Below are positions 25,623 to 39,704 of a stretch of 64,000 nt of DNA, piece by piece. Location of the stretch: positions 3,383,822 through 3,447,821 of the forward strand of contig MU053472.1 in NCBI GenBank assembly GCA_013239625.1, in the 5' to 3' direction. The notes under the pieces are model-generated. The model had not been told where the DNA came from. It was given only the letters and a program-made list of their open reading frames with translations, and searched no databases. The first letter of the stretch is position 1. Each line of letters starts with the position of its first letter. A program made the position numbers and the translations under genes. The stretch comes from Lama guanicoe. Lineage: Eukaryota.

Positions 25623-28023
25623 CTGAAAATAAATTTTTAAAAAGTCAGTAAAAATAAGCAGACATCTAATTCTCATTGAGAAGCAATTTATAGGTAATAC
25701 AGACATTTCAGTGGAAAGCTAGACTACTAAGAACTCGATTTCACAAATAGCAATTTCTATTTCTCGGTGCTTTTTCAGGTGTTTGTATGTATTTGTATGT
25801 ACACACAAACACAGACCCATTTTATCTGTGATATGCAAGGCAGGGATGATTATCAATTCCATTTTATATGCAGGTCAGAAAACTATGGCAGGTTATGTGA
25901 CTTGTCCAAGGGCAGGTAGCTGATTAGTATTAAACGGAAATTCTTCCTCTTAGTCCAGTGCTAAACCATTTTATCAACCCTTAAAAGATTTCCATATTCT
26001 GGTCTCTATTTTGTTACTGACCTATTCAGGGGGTGAGTCCTAGCTTCACAAAGTAACATACAAAGCATCTGATTGACACACAACAAATGCTTCCATACTT
26101 GGGATATTAAGATAGGAGCCAAGAGATAACATACATTCCCTGGAGTGCTAAGTTGTTTATACCTTTAAGAAACAAAAACAAAAAACTCCTACAATAATTT
26201 TAGGGGCCTTTGCTTTTGGAACGTTCTATAAAAAACTAACAGCCTGAAATTTCACCACAGTAGCTCAGTATCACTGTACTTCATGCTCTTGATACTACTA
26301 TACTAAAATGACATCTCCATTTGACATGAGTCACCACCAAATGAGTATGACTTTCTGTTACTAAGGACTTGGCCGAAATTAGAACCAATGCGTCAAGGGT
26401 GGTAGAAGGCCCCTTGTATCCAATGAAAAAACAACTTCTCATTTTCCCTGTATAGGGAAAGTTTGTTATAAATCCTCACCCACCAATAAATTGTCTTCCC
26501 ACACAGAATGTTCAAAACCTCAGCCCCCTGCAACACATGATAAAGACACTCAGCACATATGCCCTGGAGAGAAACAGGAGGCAGGGCTGCCTCACAACGG
26601 GAAGAGCTGCTTGCTTCCCAGCAGTCAGCAGCACCCGGAAGCACAAGGAGGAGAAAAGCAACTGCTGAGACAATCCTAAATTATTCAGGAGAGCTGCTGG
26701 CAAGCCCGAGGGACACTGGGATCATTGGCAAAGCAAATCAGGTGCACGTGGTCAGGAAAAAAAGCCTTGATTTTGAGGACACAGAGGGAAAGGGACAGAA
26801 CAGAGGATGAAGACAGTTACTCTCTTCAGTTTCACGTTGATGATTACAGATCACCTCTCAGGGGCCAGCACTTGTCCTCAGTCAGGATGGTGACAGCCGG
26901 CAGCTCCGAGGCAGGCAGAGCCAAGCGGTGCCCGCCCTCAAGGGACTGGCAAGGTCTGAGGTCAACAGCTGTATTTTGTTTTCTAGCCCCACCTCTCAGT
27001 GCAGACCTTAGTGGTTACTGTTGTTGGATTTCCATCTTAATCTAAACCTGGGGAGGGAGGGTGTCAGGTGGGGGAATACAGAATATTTCCCTTGCTTAAC
27101 ACCAAGTAGTTCTGAATTATTGCTTCATTAATTCCAAACCCCACTATTGCTGTATAGCATAACCATGAGATCAAAGAAATGGATTAAATGACCACCCTTC
27201 TCTCTCCAAGTCCATTTCAAAAACAGTTAATGTTTAAATCATAGGGCAGGAGTCTTATTTTCTGTGTGTATATAATTCTGCAATTACTTTTAAAGTTAAA
27301 AATTATTCTCTTTCTGTTGGTCCCCAGTTAGAAATGAATATAGAGTACTGTAGTTAATTATGTTCCAATGCCCGGAATGATAATTAGATTAAAATTTTTA
27401 CTTCTAGATCTTAATATAGAGCCCCTGTCATTCATTCAGAGTAAAACGTTAGGTCTGATTAACCTTAAGAAACTAGGACATGAGCTCTGACTTTTCTTCC
27501 TGTCTAAAAAAAAAAAATCAGTTTAAGGATCATCTAAGGATTCACTCTCTGCAAGCAAGATTTTCCTCAAGAGATACACAGCAAAACACTGCCAACCAAT
27601 TTAGAACCAAATGTATGGGAGAAATCCCAGCTTCTGTTTCTTTTTTAGATCATTGTTTTAATCACCATATCCAGATTTTTGTCAGCAAAAGTCTGCTTAA
27701 AGAGATGGTCCTGGTGTGAACCTGATAGGCAATGGTGAATAAGATAAAACTCACCTGGCAAATCCAGCGGTGGACTGGCTTTCTAGAAAAATTACAGCTT
27801 GGAATTCCTATACAGGACATGATAGCACCCCACTACGTCTATTACTAAAAAGGGAGTTAGAACGACAACAGAACCCAATACTGTGTGTCAAGAATATAGT
27901 TTGGATGAGAGCTTTAAATAGCGCCTACCCCAGGAGAGACAATCCAAAGTAGCCCTTTAACCACCGAACCAGTTGAGCTCAGCCAGTGCATTCATGACCG
28001 GAACGGATGAGAAAATGGCATAC

Positions 28024-28212
28024 CTCCCTGGCTGCTTTCTGTACAAACCGCTCGTCAGTGACCCGGAAGGCCCGGCACAGGGCCTCAGCAGGATCATGGG
28101 GGAACATCTCCTGGCGTACTAAGTTAACGTGCAGGTGAATGGAAGCATAGATGGCCGCGTCCACGCCCCCGTGGCCATCAAACACTGCAAAGTAAGCTTG
28201 TTCTTCCTGGTC
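28024..28212 (-). CDS. PPM1E: PPM1E exon 4 (189 nt)
   Basis: Acceptor gctgacag| and donor GAG|gtatg. Encodes [31 protein letters not shown]...FVQKAARE, including the metal-binding DGHGG motif. Confidence 0.96.
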
Positions 28213-29545
28213 CTGTCAGCGGAAACACGAACAGTTAAGGGCGTTAGGTACATCGTAACGCAGATGAGCCAACCCCCTGCACTACTGCCCATCCTCCTCC
28301 ACGACATTTGTCACCTAGATAAGGAGACTGAATGTTTCCTTTTTCTGACATGCCTGATCAACTGCTAAAATACCTGCAGTATCAGGGCATCTGTGTGTAC
28401 ACACCAGAACGCTGGAACACATCATGCCCAATTAGCTCGGGCTGAAGTGCCCTCTCACTATGAAAGCTGTTGTCTTCTACCGTGGAAACCACCCACTTAC
28501 ATTTGCTTCAGACTTGCTGTTACAAGTTGTGGGGAGGGGGAGGAAAAGTATGAGAAGAAATTGAGCAAAGGCTATTCTGGATTGAGGATTTTTTTTCCAA
28601 AATAAAAGTATTTTAATAAAATTAGAAACAGAACAACAGGAATAATTGGCCTTCTAAGCATAAGGCCAATTAAGTTAGATTGTTTAAAATACACAGAGAT
28701 AATGAGAGCATACACATACTTCTATAGAATGACCTTCATCCAAGGTCACACTGTATTCTCACCGTAAATAACACCGTCTCTCAGTTGGTTAGCCAAACTT
28801 GAGCTACGACAGATGTCTATATGCCCTGTACCTTGTCCCCTGATTTAAGATGTAGCTTCACATTTCCTTGCTCACCCACTGCTTGAAGCCCTAAGGCAGC
28901 CGCCAGGGTCTTCCAAACCTGTCCTTTGTCTTGACAAAGGAAGCCTAATCACAAGATGGCATTTAACCCATTAAGTACTTAGTTTTTCCTTTCTTTTCAA
29001 GTGTTTAAATCTCAGATCCAGCTCACTTGAGAGATCTGTAACTCCCTGAACTCTTACTGAATCCTGGGTTCCTTTTAGGCAACACTACGTAATGAGTTTC
29101 ATTTGCAAGCTTTGATTTCTTCCTTGGGTTCAGAGAGCTCAGATGAGTCCAGGCCCTGTCATTCAAAGTAAATAAAATATACAAAGTAAATCATATAATT
29201 TTCTTGTACTTGTTTTCTCACCTATTAGGTAGGGACGAGTTGCTATGTCACGGGGCTTTGGAAGGACTACCAAGACAACAGGTGTAATTGTGCATCGGGA
29301 AAAAGTTCTTTTTAGAGGATATACTACATTTACTAAAGTACCAAATATAAGTGTCCATAAAGTAATGATAACACCCTAATATTATGAAATCTTTACCTAA
29401 TACAGCTATTACAGCTACTTAATTTAGCAACTTAATCAATACCACCTATAATGTCATTAAAGATGATACTGATAAACAGAACTCTTTAGAAAAAATGTCC
29501 TGACATGTAGAATTTCTACCTTGTACTAAAGAAGTACTCATTTTC

Positions 29546-30516
29546 AACAAGGGGTTGATACCCAAAATAAATAGTTCATACAACACAACATCAAAAAAAC
29601 AACCCAATCAAAAAATGGGCAGAAGACCTAAGTAGACATTTTTCCAAAGATACACAGATGACTAACAGGCATATGAAAAAATGCTCAACATCACTAATTA
29701 TTAGAGAAATGCAAATAGTAACTATGAGATATCACCTCACACCTGTCAGAATGGCCATCACCAGAAATTCTACAAACAACAAATGTTGGCGAGAATGTGG
29801 GAAAAAAAGAGAACCCTTATACACTGTTGATGGGAATGTAAATTGGTGCAGCCACTATGGAAAACAGAATAGAGGTTCCTCAAAAAACTAAAAATAGAAC
29901 TACCACACGACCCAACAATTCCACTCCTGGGTATGTATCCAGAAAAAGCAAAAACACTAATTCAAAAAGATAGAGGCACCTCAATGTTCATGGCAGCACC
30001 TTTTACAATAGCCAAGACATGGAAACAACCCAAGTGTCCATCAACAGATGAACGAATAAAGGAGATATCATACACACACACACAACGGCATATTACTTGG
30101 CCATAAAAAAGTGAAATTTTGCCGTTTGCAACAATGTGGATGGACCTGGAGGGTATTATGCTTAGTGAAATAAATCAGAGAAAATATGTATGTTATCACG
30201 TGGAATCTAAAAGATCAAACAAATGAATATAACAAAATGGAAACGGGCTCACAGAATAGGCAACAAACTAGTGGTTACCAGTGAGGAGAGGGAAGGGGGA
30301 GGGGTAAAATAAGGGGATTAAGAGGCACAAACTACTATGTATAAAATAAATAAGCTACAAGGATGTATTATGTAGTACGGGGAATATAGCCAATATAATA
30401 ACTTTAAATGGAGTATTATAATCTATAATATTTTTAACTTACCATGTTGTATATTTGAAACTAATACTGTATACCAATATACCTCAATAAAATTTTTTTA
30501 TTTAAAATAAATAAAT
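29546..30516 (+). mobile_element. 5'-truncated L1 3' end in PPM1E intron 3
   Basis: [29 protein letters not shown], followed by an L1 3'UTR and an A-rich tail. Confidence 0.9.
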
Positions 30517-32337
30517 AGATTTTTTTAATGCAGTAATTTTAAAACAATTCAATTGGCAGGCTAAGGGTAAAATGGAAAAATAGCATATCCAAGCAGTTTT
30601 TCAATGATGAGTGAGCTGCTGTGGGATCATTGCAGAGAGGAAGGGGGCAGTAACAGCTTTATGCAGGCATGAGAATATAACTTTAAACAATGTGAGACTG
30701 GCTGGAGATTCTTAACAACATGCTATCAGAAGAAACAGAAAGGCGCCAAGTGGATCTCTTAAACAAAGAAAATACTGCTGTGCCCCCCTGTTATAAAGAC
30801 GATATATGTTTATTCAGACTAGTAAAGAAGTGTACAGAAGGAGATAAATATCTACAATCCCACCATGGACAGACAGTCTTTTTTCTATACATACAAATTT
30901 TTAATAGAATAAGAATCATGATGTACATAAAATTTTATATCCTGCTTTTTGTCATTTACCCTATCACTGCATCTCCCCCACGTAACTAGGGATTACTCAG
31001 ACTTTATTTTAAATGGATATGTACTACACAGCCTATTAGCAGATCATAGTTATCATTTCCTATTTATAATGATTTAGATCATTTCCGGTTTTTTATTGAC
31101 AATGTGTAAAACACTTGTCAAATAAAACATACGTAACAATTTTCTGCATTTCTGTTTCCTTGTAATATAAAATTAAAGGTATAATTATTAAATCAGAGGG
31201 CGTGAAAATTTATAAGGTTCTAAGTATATGTTGCCAAATTGACCTCAAAGCCTGCTGCACTGATAGCAAGGTGCTCCTTTCTCAGTTAGGCCTTTGGGTT
31301 GCTTTGGAGGCAAAATGAAAACCAACCAGATCAACAAACTGCAGTGATGCCCTTGAACCTGAGTGTAACCTTCCAGTGGGTGCAGTGATTTAAGGACTGT
31401 TGATCACACTGAGGCCTTTGGGGTTACACTTGCATGGGCGAGGTATCAGCTGATCTACCTTGTAACGTAAGCACCAATTACCTGCCCACCATCACTGCTT
31501 ATCAAATCATAACAGTCAGCTAAAATTTAAACTTAGCTCCTACATGAAGGAAACAGCGTGCTTTGTATAATTCACTACATTGTAATTTTTAAGTTATGGA
31601 CTTGAGTGAAGAAAAGAGGCAAGTGACAGGCAAAGGAAACAAACCTACCTCTGTTTGCATTAACATAAAAGAAAAAGAAGAGGAAGATAACAAGAAAATG
31701 GTTATTAAGTTGACAAGGCTCATATGATCCAATTTGTCAGTCACAGAGATTCGTGAAATGTAACTCCAGCTACTTTCCTATCTCAGAAACCAAGATTTAA
31801 AAAAGAAAGTCACATGAAATCAGAAAACTGTCTCAGTCTCAAATTCATTCTTTTATGTTTGTGTTTTGTGTTGCTTCAGCTACAGAGTAATGTGGTAACT
31901 TAATAGACAATATTGGGTTATACTACAGAAATAGTTTCTTTAAAATAAAAACAGCTTTATTGAGATATAACAGTTTTCTTTTTTGTTTGTATGTTTATAG
32001 AATGTCTCTGGAAGGTTATGCAAGGACTGGTAACTTTGCTGGCCTCCATGGAGGGGAACTGAAGTGTCCGAGAGGCAAGGATAAGAGACAGATTGTTATT
32101 TTCTGACTACAAACCATGTGAATGCATTACCTATTCAAAATAACATAAAATAAATATTCCTTTTCTTTTGTCTAAAGACAGCAAATTTGTGCCATTTTGC
32201 CCTTAGTTCTATTCCAGCCTATCCAAGGTGTTTTTAGAGCATATTGGAAATTCTCCTGTTAGAAAACAGGTCCGTGATAGTGTTTCGTTTTGTTTTGTTT
32301 TTAAGAATCTCATTGACTCTTCAGAAGCGCCCTTTAC

Positions 32338-32537
32338 CTCTAGGTTGAAGAGCATATTAAAGTCGGGAATGCAGACATGTTTGTCCTCCATTTTCCTGCG
32401 CATGTTTTTGATGGCGTGGATTGACGTCTCATAATAAAGCTGGGGTCTCCTGCGGAGAGGGAAGTCTTTCACCCAGCTGCAGCAAACCTCGTGTAGTTTG
32501 CTGAAGACAGAACGGGCCAGTTTCACCGTCTCAATCT
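32338..32537 (-). CDS. PPM1E: PPM1E exon 3 (200 nt)
   Basis: Acceptor tttctttcacag| and donor GAG|gtaaag. Encodes [66 protein letters not shown], including the PP2C RxxMED motif. Confidence 0.96.
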
Positions 32538-34386
32538 CTGTGAAAGAAACACAGAAACCCCCAATGAAGAGCCTTGTAAAACCGCTTTTCACTTGCCCGC
32601 TTGGTAAAGACAGAAGTAGGTCACCTTAGTCAAACTCCTCCTGAATAGAGGAAATTTCTTCTCAAGAGAAAGGATGTGTTGCTTCTGAAGAGAGAAAATG
32701 ACACCCCATCTAGTAGAAAATCATCCCCCAGCAGCTGCCTCTAAGATGTGCTTCTGTCATAAGGAGAAAACCTCCGACCAGGCTGGACGTTTCCCTAGGC
32801 TGGACTTCTTCCAGCCTGGGAAGTGCTCTGGCCACTGCTACCTAGTTCAGAGCACTTTTGTTTGGCTGCCATGGTTGTCATCTGGAGACCCAGGCCCCCT
32901 ATGCTTAGAAGAATGACTGAAATATGAGCAGCGGTTATCCAACTAATTGGAAAATGAAAGGCTTATGAATACAGAGCATTTATTTGCAGGCTACAGAAGT
33001 AAGAAGAGTTTACTTTGATTACCATTCGTCTTGGTCTCTTTTCTGCTGACCTCTTCCTTCACCTCCCTCCAGTTCCCTAGCTTTTCTTCCCTATGACTGG
33101 TCATAATTCAGAACTACATTATGTATTCTTGTTATTTGATTTTTTTAATTAAAGTTTTAGGCAGTAGCTTAAACAGTTTAGACCATAGGTTAACAAGTGA
33201 GCCTAAAAGTTTTATATTTCTCTACGGAAAATGTGCTTAAATTCTGTCCATGTGTGTAACCCTAGACAGAAAAAAGGAGGTGCCCATCAGAGCATTCCTC
33301 ACGCCGGACTATTAAGTCTACTACTTGACCTATTAAGTGGAGCAGACGAGCCGACTTCTGTGGCTGTCTTGCATCCCTCGGTGGCTGGACAGATGTGTAA
33401 GCCTTTTAAGCAACACTGAATAGTACTGAAGAGATTCTGTCTCACGTCGTCTTCCACTCAAGTTGTCCTCTACTCAAGCTGCAGCTTTGAAATAACCAAG
33501 GGAAGATTAGGTTGTCTCAGGCCAGTGTTTTAGAGGTTCCTCCTACATCCCAAGTGAAAAATTAAGAATTCTCAGAGAAAAAAATTTTTTTATTTCACTA
33601 AATCCAATGTAGCTTGACAGCCTGAGAAAATGTGTGTCAGATGGGCAATGGCTGCACATGCCTCTTCTGATCTAGAACACAAATCTCAAAGAAGAGAGTG
33701 TGTGTTCTAGACTGGCCTGGGAACTTAGGTTCCCATTTTTTATTCCTTACCTTGCTGTTACCTTAATCTGTAACTACATTTACCTGTTTTCTTATTCAAA
33801 ACTCTTTTTTTTAATTGCTGTATTCAGAAAGCTGATCTCAAGGTTTTCGTTGCTTTTTTTTTCCTCATTCACATAGTACAGGGTGGCAAACCCTGTTTGT
33901 GACTTTGTCCCCTTTGACATTTTTATATAATTAAAAATCAAGGGTACATTTGCAAGAGAAAAGAAGTTCAAAGAGCAAATACAACCTGAGGAGGTGTGCG
34001 TGGGGGAAAAACTGAGGCCAACAGACAACCCAACATTTTCATCATTTTTAGCAACTCCAATCTTTTTTTTTTTAAAGCACCAGTTGCCAGAGACTGTCTC
34101 TTTCGGCCAGCAATTCCCTGTTTGTATTAACTCCACCCTATCTGGTCTTTGCAGCAGCATATTCCCCCAAATGCAGACCCTATATTTGGGTGTGCATTCG
34201 ACCCAATCAGAACAGAGGACTGCAAAACAGTAAGTGAATTCAGAAACTCTGAGGGAGCATGGGCTGGAGTGAAACAGATAACTGATATTAACTATCAGGA
34301 TAGTTCCCAGATTCCCAGATAATGATATAAAACATTGTATCATTCTTTGGCTTGATTACTTTTTATATCACTCTTATTATATAGGC

Positions 34387-34591
34387 CTGTACTGTCCAAT
34401 AGGGCAGCTTATTAACCACATGTGGCAATTTAACTTTAAATTAGTTAAAATTAAATAAAATTAAAATTCAGTTTTTGGTCACATTAACTATCTTTCAAGT
34501 ACAAAATAACTATACACGGCCACTGGCTACCACGTCGGACAGTGCAGAGAGAGAACATTTCCATTAGTGTGTTGTCTATTGGACAACACTG
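34387..34591. mobile_element. MER3-like hAT-Charlie MITE
   Basis: Terminal inverted repeats ctgtactgtccaatag / ctattggacaacactg, ~205 bp, internal aaattaaataaaattaaaattcagtt. Confidence 0.8.
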
Positions 34592-35439
34592 GTGTAGACA
34601 TTTTTAGTAACCACTGGACCCGTTCCCTACCCCTTCCCAGGCGTTCCTTCCCTGATGTTCCCATTACACTTTGTTCACACCATCTACTATAGCTCTTCCC
34701 ACATTTTGTGACAATAGGTAACATTTATTGGGTATTTGCTACATTCTGTATCTCTGGAACATTTCACAAACAGGTAATACCGTTGTCAATCCCAGGCCTA
34801 TCTGACTCACACCCATGTTCTACTTTCCCCAAATCAGACTGCAGTTAGAGACTGTGTCTTAATTGTCCCTGATTAGTCAGAGCACAGGACCCAGCAGATA
34901 GCAGGAGCTTGTTAGATGTTTACAGAATAAATGAATATGCAAACTTAAATAAATTAAATAATGACTAAAATATTAAAACATTTGTATGCTTCTTGAGTGT
35001 TTATTCTGCATCACTAATCTCTCCAACTATTTCTACAATGGTGCCATTTCTTTAAAAATTAGTATAAGTTTATAACATGTTTTAATATAAAAGGAGGACT
35101 AATCTTCCTATTATTCTTAACTTAAAAAGATGTTCACTTGGGTAGTTTGATATGTTTATTCTTCCAGATGAACTAATTACTTTGCCAAGTTCAAGGGGGG
35201 GGGATCTGTTGCCACTGTGCTTGGGATCACATTGAATTTATAGAGTAATCTGGAAAAAATTGACTTCTTTTTCATACTAAGTCTTATCCAGGAACAGGCT
35301 ATATTGTTCCATTAATTTAAATCCTTTTAATGTTGCTCAATAGAGTCTTAAAACAGGTCCTTCTTATTTCTTACTGAATTTATTCCTAGTTATTTTATTT
35401 ATTTGCTGTTTTGAGTCAGAACTTTGCTTTAATGTGTTA

Positions 35440-35915
35440 TTTGCCACCTAGCAAACACTCCTCTTTCTACCAGGAACATTTTCTTCTCTATTCTCAGTCC
35501 ATGTGCACTAGGGGTAAAACATGTGATTCAGGTCTAGCCAGTTAGAGAATCACATTCCTCTGGCCATGGTTATTGGTTCAGGAATGGGAAATAACCCCAG
35601 TCAGACTGATTAGAGTGAATCCTGTGATTTACGTAAGAGCAACTGAATAAAATCACTCTTATTTTCCTGCTTGATTTGAACCTGGGCAGATGGAGATCTG
35701 GTGCTCTTAGCAGTCATTTTGCCACCACATGGAGCCTGTAAATAAAATCAAAATCAAAGAGAGTGCAGCTGAGAGCTGGAGCAATGCCAGGTCCTAATGT
35801 CATCATGTGGAGCCTTGAATCTAGCGGCACAGCCCTTACCTTGAAGGGTAGCCAATAAATTCTGTTGTACTGAAGCCAGTTTGAATTGTGTTAACGGCCA
35901 CTTGCAACTAAAAAA
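35440..35915 (+). mobile_element. MaLR LTR (old MLT1J/K-like)
   Basis: ctctggccatggttattggttcaggaatggg...gccaataaattc...aagccagtttgaattg...cacttgcaac. Confidence 0.65.
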
Positions 35916-37271
35916 TTCTTGAGTATACTTTAAGCATGAATGTTAGATTTTTGGTATGAGCCAGATTTTGTCCTACAGTGTCCAAGATGTAATCTAGTTC
36001 TACTTTATTAAGTACATATTTAAAATTAGGAGTGAATATTGAATTTTATCAAATGCTTCTTTGGGCATCTTTAGAGATTACTCAGGTTTTTTTTTTTCTT
36101 TTGACCTATTAATAAATACAAATTATGCTAATAAACTTCCCAATATTTTTGTTTTTTTCACTGCTGTTTCTCCAGCCCAGTGCTAAGCATATGGTAGGCC
36201 CTCAATAAAATACTCATCAAATGAATTAATTGTTGTACTCAGCATACAAATATTTTACTTAAGATTTTTTTACATTGACTACTAACACTGATCTCTCATT
36301 TCTTATTTTAGTTTTGTCTTGGGCAAGTTCTTGGGCTATCAGTGTTATGCTACGCAAATTTTCCATCCCTTTCTATGCAACTGGATAATTCATTTTAAAA
36401 AGCATTGGAATTATCTGTCATTGACTGTAAATGTTCACCTGCAGAATCACCTACTCCTTGTCCTTTTAGGAAGATAGCTCCTTGACAATCTTCTCAATCT
36501 CTTTCTATTCTTAGGTACAGTTTTGTTAATTTGTATATTTCTAGGAAAAAAACCAGAGTTTTCATAATTTACACAAAGTTTTCATAATTCTTTTAATTTC
36601 CTCTGTGTTAGTGATCATTTTCACCTTATTTTTAACTTTTACAGGACATTTCAAATTGATTTTAGGTTGTCTGGACAGAACTTATATCTGCCAACAGATA
36701 TGCAAGGTTGTTTAACGAACATCCTATTAGGGATGACTTAAACATAAAAAGAACTTGAAGGGTTTTTTTTTTCTTTAAGTCTGTTTCTGGAAACACCTAA
36801 GAGGAGAGACAAAAGACATTTCAGTAAGGACTTCAGTGCCTTTAGGACAATGACAGCAGACCTTATTCAGTATGCTCACTTCCCACTCTGATGTGTGGAT
36901 AAACACAATACGCCCTGTAGACATTCTCCTAGCGTAGTTCACGCTGAGTGATTTGGGTTAAACAGATTAAGGATTTGCAAATAGTTAAGAATTATAATAG
37001 ATCATTCTGAATCACAGCAATGGCATGGAGACATTACTGGCTTCTCTCTTGGAAAAATGTAAAATCAGAATGACCAATGATATCCACCAAAAGGAAAACC
37101 CTTCGTTTCACTTTTGCTAGCTGATAGGGGTTCAGAAAATTCTTTCAAAATAGGCACATAGGGCAACACTTCACTCTTGCTACGGTAAGTATTCTCTTTC
37201 TGCAGGAAGTGGTGTAAGAACATCATTATATATATAATTGCTGCTTGAAATGGAAAAATAAAATAAATTAA

Positions 37272-37300
37272 AATACAATACAATACAATACAATACAATA
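37272..37300. repeat. (AATAC)n pentanucleotide repeat
   Basis: aatacaatacaatacaatacaatacaata. Confidence 0.9.
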
Positions 37301-38462
37301 AAATAAGTAAATAGAGGTGCGAAAAGGAGAAAATTGTCCAAAGTAGCAGTCCACCCCCTCACAGCTGTAAATTACTCATCAGTCGTTAATGTCACTGTGC
37401 TGAGCTAGAGCTGAGTCAGCCATCACCCTGGCTGCAGTGAAGCAGAATTTAATCTCCCTCATCTTTTCATTACAGGGCTTTTATTTCATGCATCAGTACC
37501 AGAGGAAAGACCAATGCTTTGTAGCAGGAATTCCATCCAACTTGACTCTGGAACAATTTGGTTCCAAGTGAATCAATTACTCTCAGTAAAAACAAGCAGA
37601 GGAATTCCTTCCTTGCCAAATTTCTATCAAAAATGATCTGAGAGAGAAAGGAAGAACAAGGATGTTTACTTTTATATCTGCCTCACATTCTCTGGGATCT
37701 AGCTCTGATCCATTAATACATGCTTTGCTCCTTATGTACCACATTTAAAGGCAATGCTTAAAATAAAACAAGTAGAATGAAACATTGAAATTCCTCAATT
37801 TTGAGTAGCAATTCCCTAATTTTTGCAAAAATCAGTATTTTTTAGAATCTGTCAAATATGTATAAGCTTAAAACATTAATAAATATGCCTTCATTAATAA
37901 ATAAAGCCTCATAATTTACCTGGAAAAAAGATGTACAATGATTTATGCACTTAAATCACATGTTACATACATGTCATAAAGAGCTTTATTGCTTGGCAGA
38001 TAAAAATTTAATTAATGAGAAGTTTTGTTACAACTGATTTCTTGAATTCTTCTCTGATTTTTTTACTTAACTTCTTAAAGATAAGCTAACATTTTAAATA
38101 GGTTTTCTCAAAGTCTCCTTCCCCTCTCTTACTCATGTGAAGTTGTGTCTTCACATTTCTCACTTTATTCTTTCCATTTATCTAGATATTATTTATGATA
38201 ATATATTGTTAGGATAATCTCTTGTTCCAGTTACCTTCACATGGTTTCAAAATATGCCTGTATTTTTCCCCTCCTTTCCCCTACTTTTATTGATTAGCTT
38301 GAAAAAATATTTTTTCTGGTTTTTTTTTCCTCTGGCTTACTGCTACAAAATCAAGCAGTAGGTAAACATGACCAGATATAGTATTTTGCAGACATTTTCT
38401 GTGGATCACCACACATGAAATGATTTTAATACTTTAAACAAACAATGTTGAAAGGTCCTCAC

Positions 38463-38581
38463 CCACAGTCCCTTCTGTGCCATCCATTTCCTTTGGAATA
38501 TAATGTGCAGAAAGATCACTCTGAAGGACTTCGTCTGATGTGGCTCTGGCTAAAGCAGCAGCCAAAAAGGAAGGGCAGTTA
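38463..38581 (-). CDS. PPM1E: PPM1E exon 2 (119 nt)
   Basis: Acceptor tttttctctttcag| and donor G|gtgagg. Encodes [39 protein letters not shown]. Phase joins exon 3 as G|AG = Glu. Confidence 0.93.
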
Positions 38582-38699
38582 CTGAAAGAGAAAAATAAAA
38601 GGCTATTTCAGTAAGAAGTAGGAATCATCACATTTAACATTATTAATAATTACTTATTATTATTAACATACTGTCTCAAATAAAATTATACCTTTAAAC

Positions 38700-39660
38700 A
38701 ATATTCAGTGCCTGTTTGTTGAGACCATGTTATGTGCTTGGCACTCTGCCCAGACACTGGGTATCTACTTGTGAATAACATGGACATGGTCCCTGATCTG
38801 GTGGGGCTGACAGTCTGGTTAGGGACACATGATAAATAAGTAAACAAATAAGATATGACTTAAAATTGGGATGAGCTTTATAAAGGAAACAAATAGGATA
38901 GAGAACAATAAAGGGGAGTACCCTCTAGAACAGTCAGGAATGCCATGCCTCAGGCCTGTAGGGGTGGCAAGTTGGGAGAAAACATTCCAGGCAGAGACTT
39001 AGCATGTGTATAGACCCCTTCTGAGAGCTCGGTATGTTTGAGGAACTGAAAGAAGCCCAAAGATTAAGTACAGTGGGTAAGGGGGAAGGAGGTGGGGAAT
39101 AAGGTCAGAGGAACAGGAATAGGCCAGTTATATGGATCTTTTAGACCATGGTAAGGAATTCGGATTTTACTCAAAATGCAGTGGGAAAACATGGAAGATT
39201 GTGAGCAAGAGAGTGTCATAACCAGACATATTAATTACTTTTCAAAGGAAATTGGAAGGGAGCAAGAATGAAGGAGAATGACCAATAAGGAGCTTGTTGT
39301 AATCCAGGTGAGATGAAAAAAAGTGAGTATATTTTGGAGAAAGAAAATATAGAACTCGCTGATTACTGAATGTAGAGGTGCAAAGAGAGAAAAAAAGGCT
39401 GAGTCCTGGGCTTTGGTCTGAGCAATTAGGTGAATGAATGATGGCCACCATTCACCGAGATGGAAAAATCAGGAAAAGGACAAGTTTGTGGAGGAAAAGG
39501 GGTAAAGCAGAAAACAAGAGTTCATTTTAGCCATATTAACTTGGAAAAATCTGTAAGATATCCTAGTGAAGATGTCGAATGGTTAACTAGATATGTTAGT
39601 GTGGAGCTCAGAGATGTTAGGAAATTTGGATGCTATGAATGTATGAACAGTATTTCAAAC
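38700..39660 (-). mobile_element. L2 remnant
   Basis: ttgagaccatgttatgtgcttggcactctg...cattccaggcagag...tttgaggaactgaaagaag...gtaatccaggtgagatga. Confidence 0.75.
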
Positions 39661-39704
39661 TATAGAAATAGAATAGAGCGCATAGAGAAAACACAAAAAG
39701 AGAA

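Noticed and set aside
26393..27045. Cluster of overlapping short ORFs in GC-richer PPM1E intron 4
   Set aside because: No homology I recognise and no TSD or polyA hallmarks; higher GC alone explains the longer ORFs
33792..34343. 183-aa minus-strand ORF in PPM1E intron 2
   Set aside because: No recognisable domain, runs through homopolymer tracts, and is not needed for the in-frame exon chain
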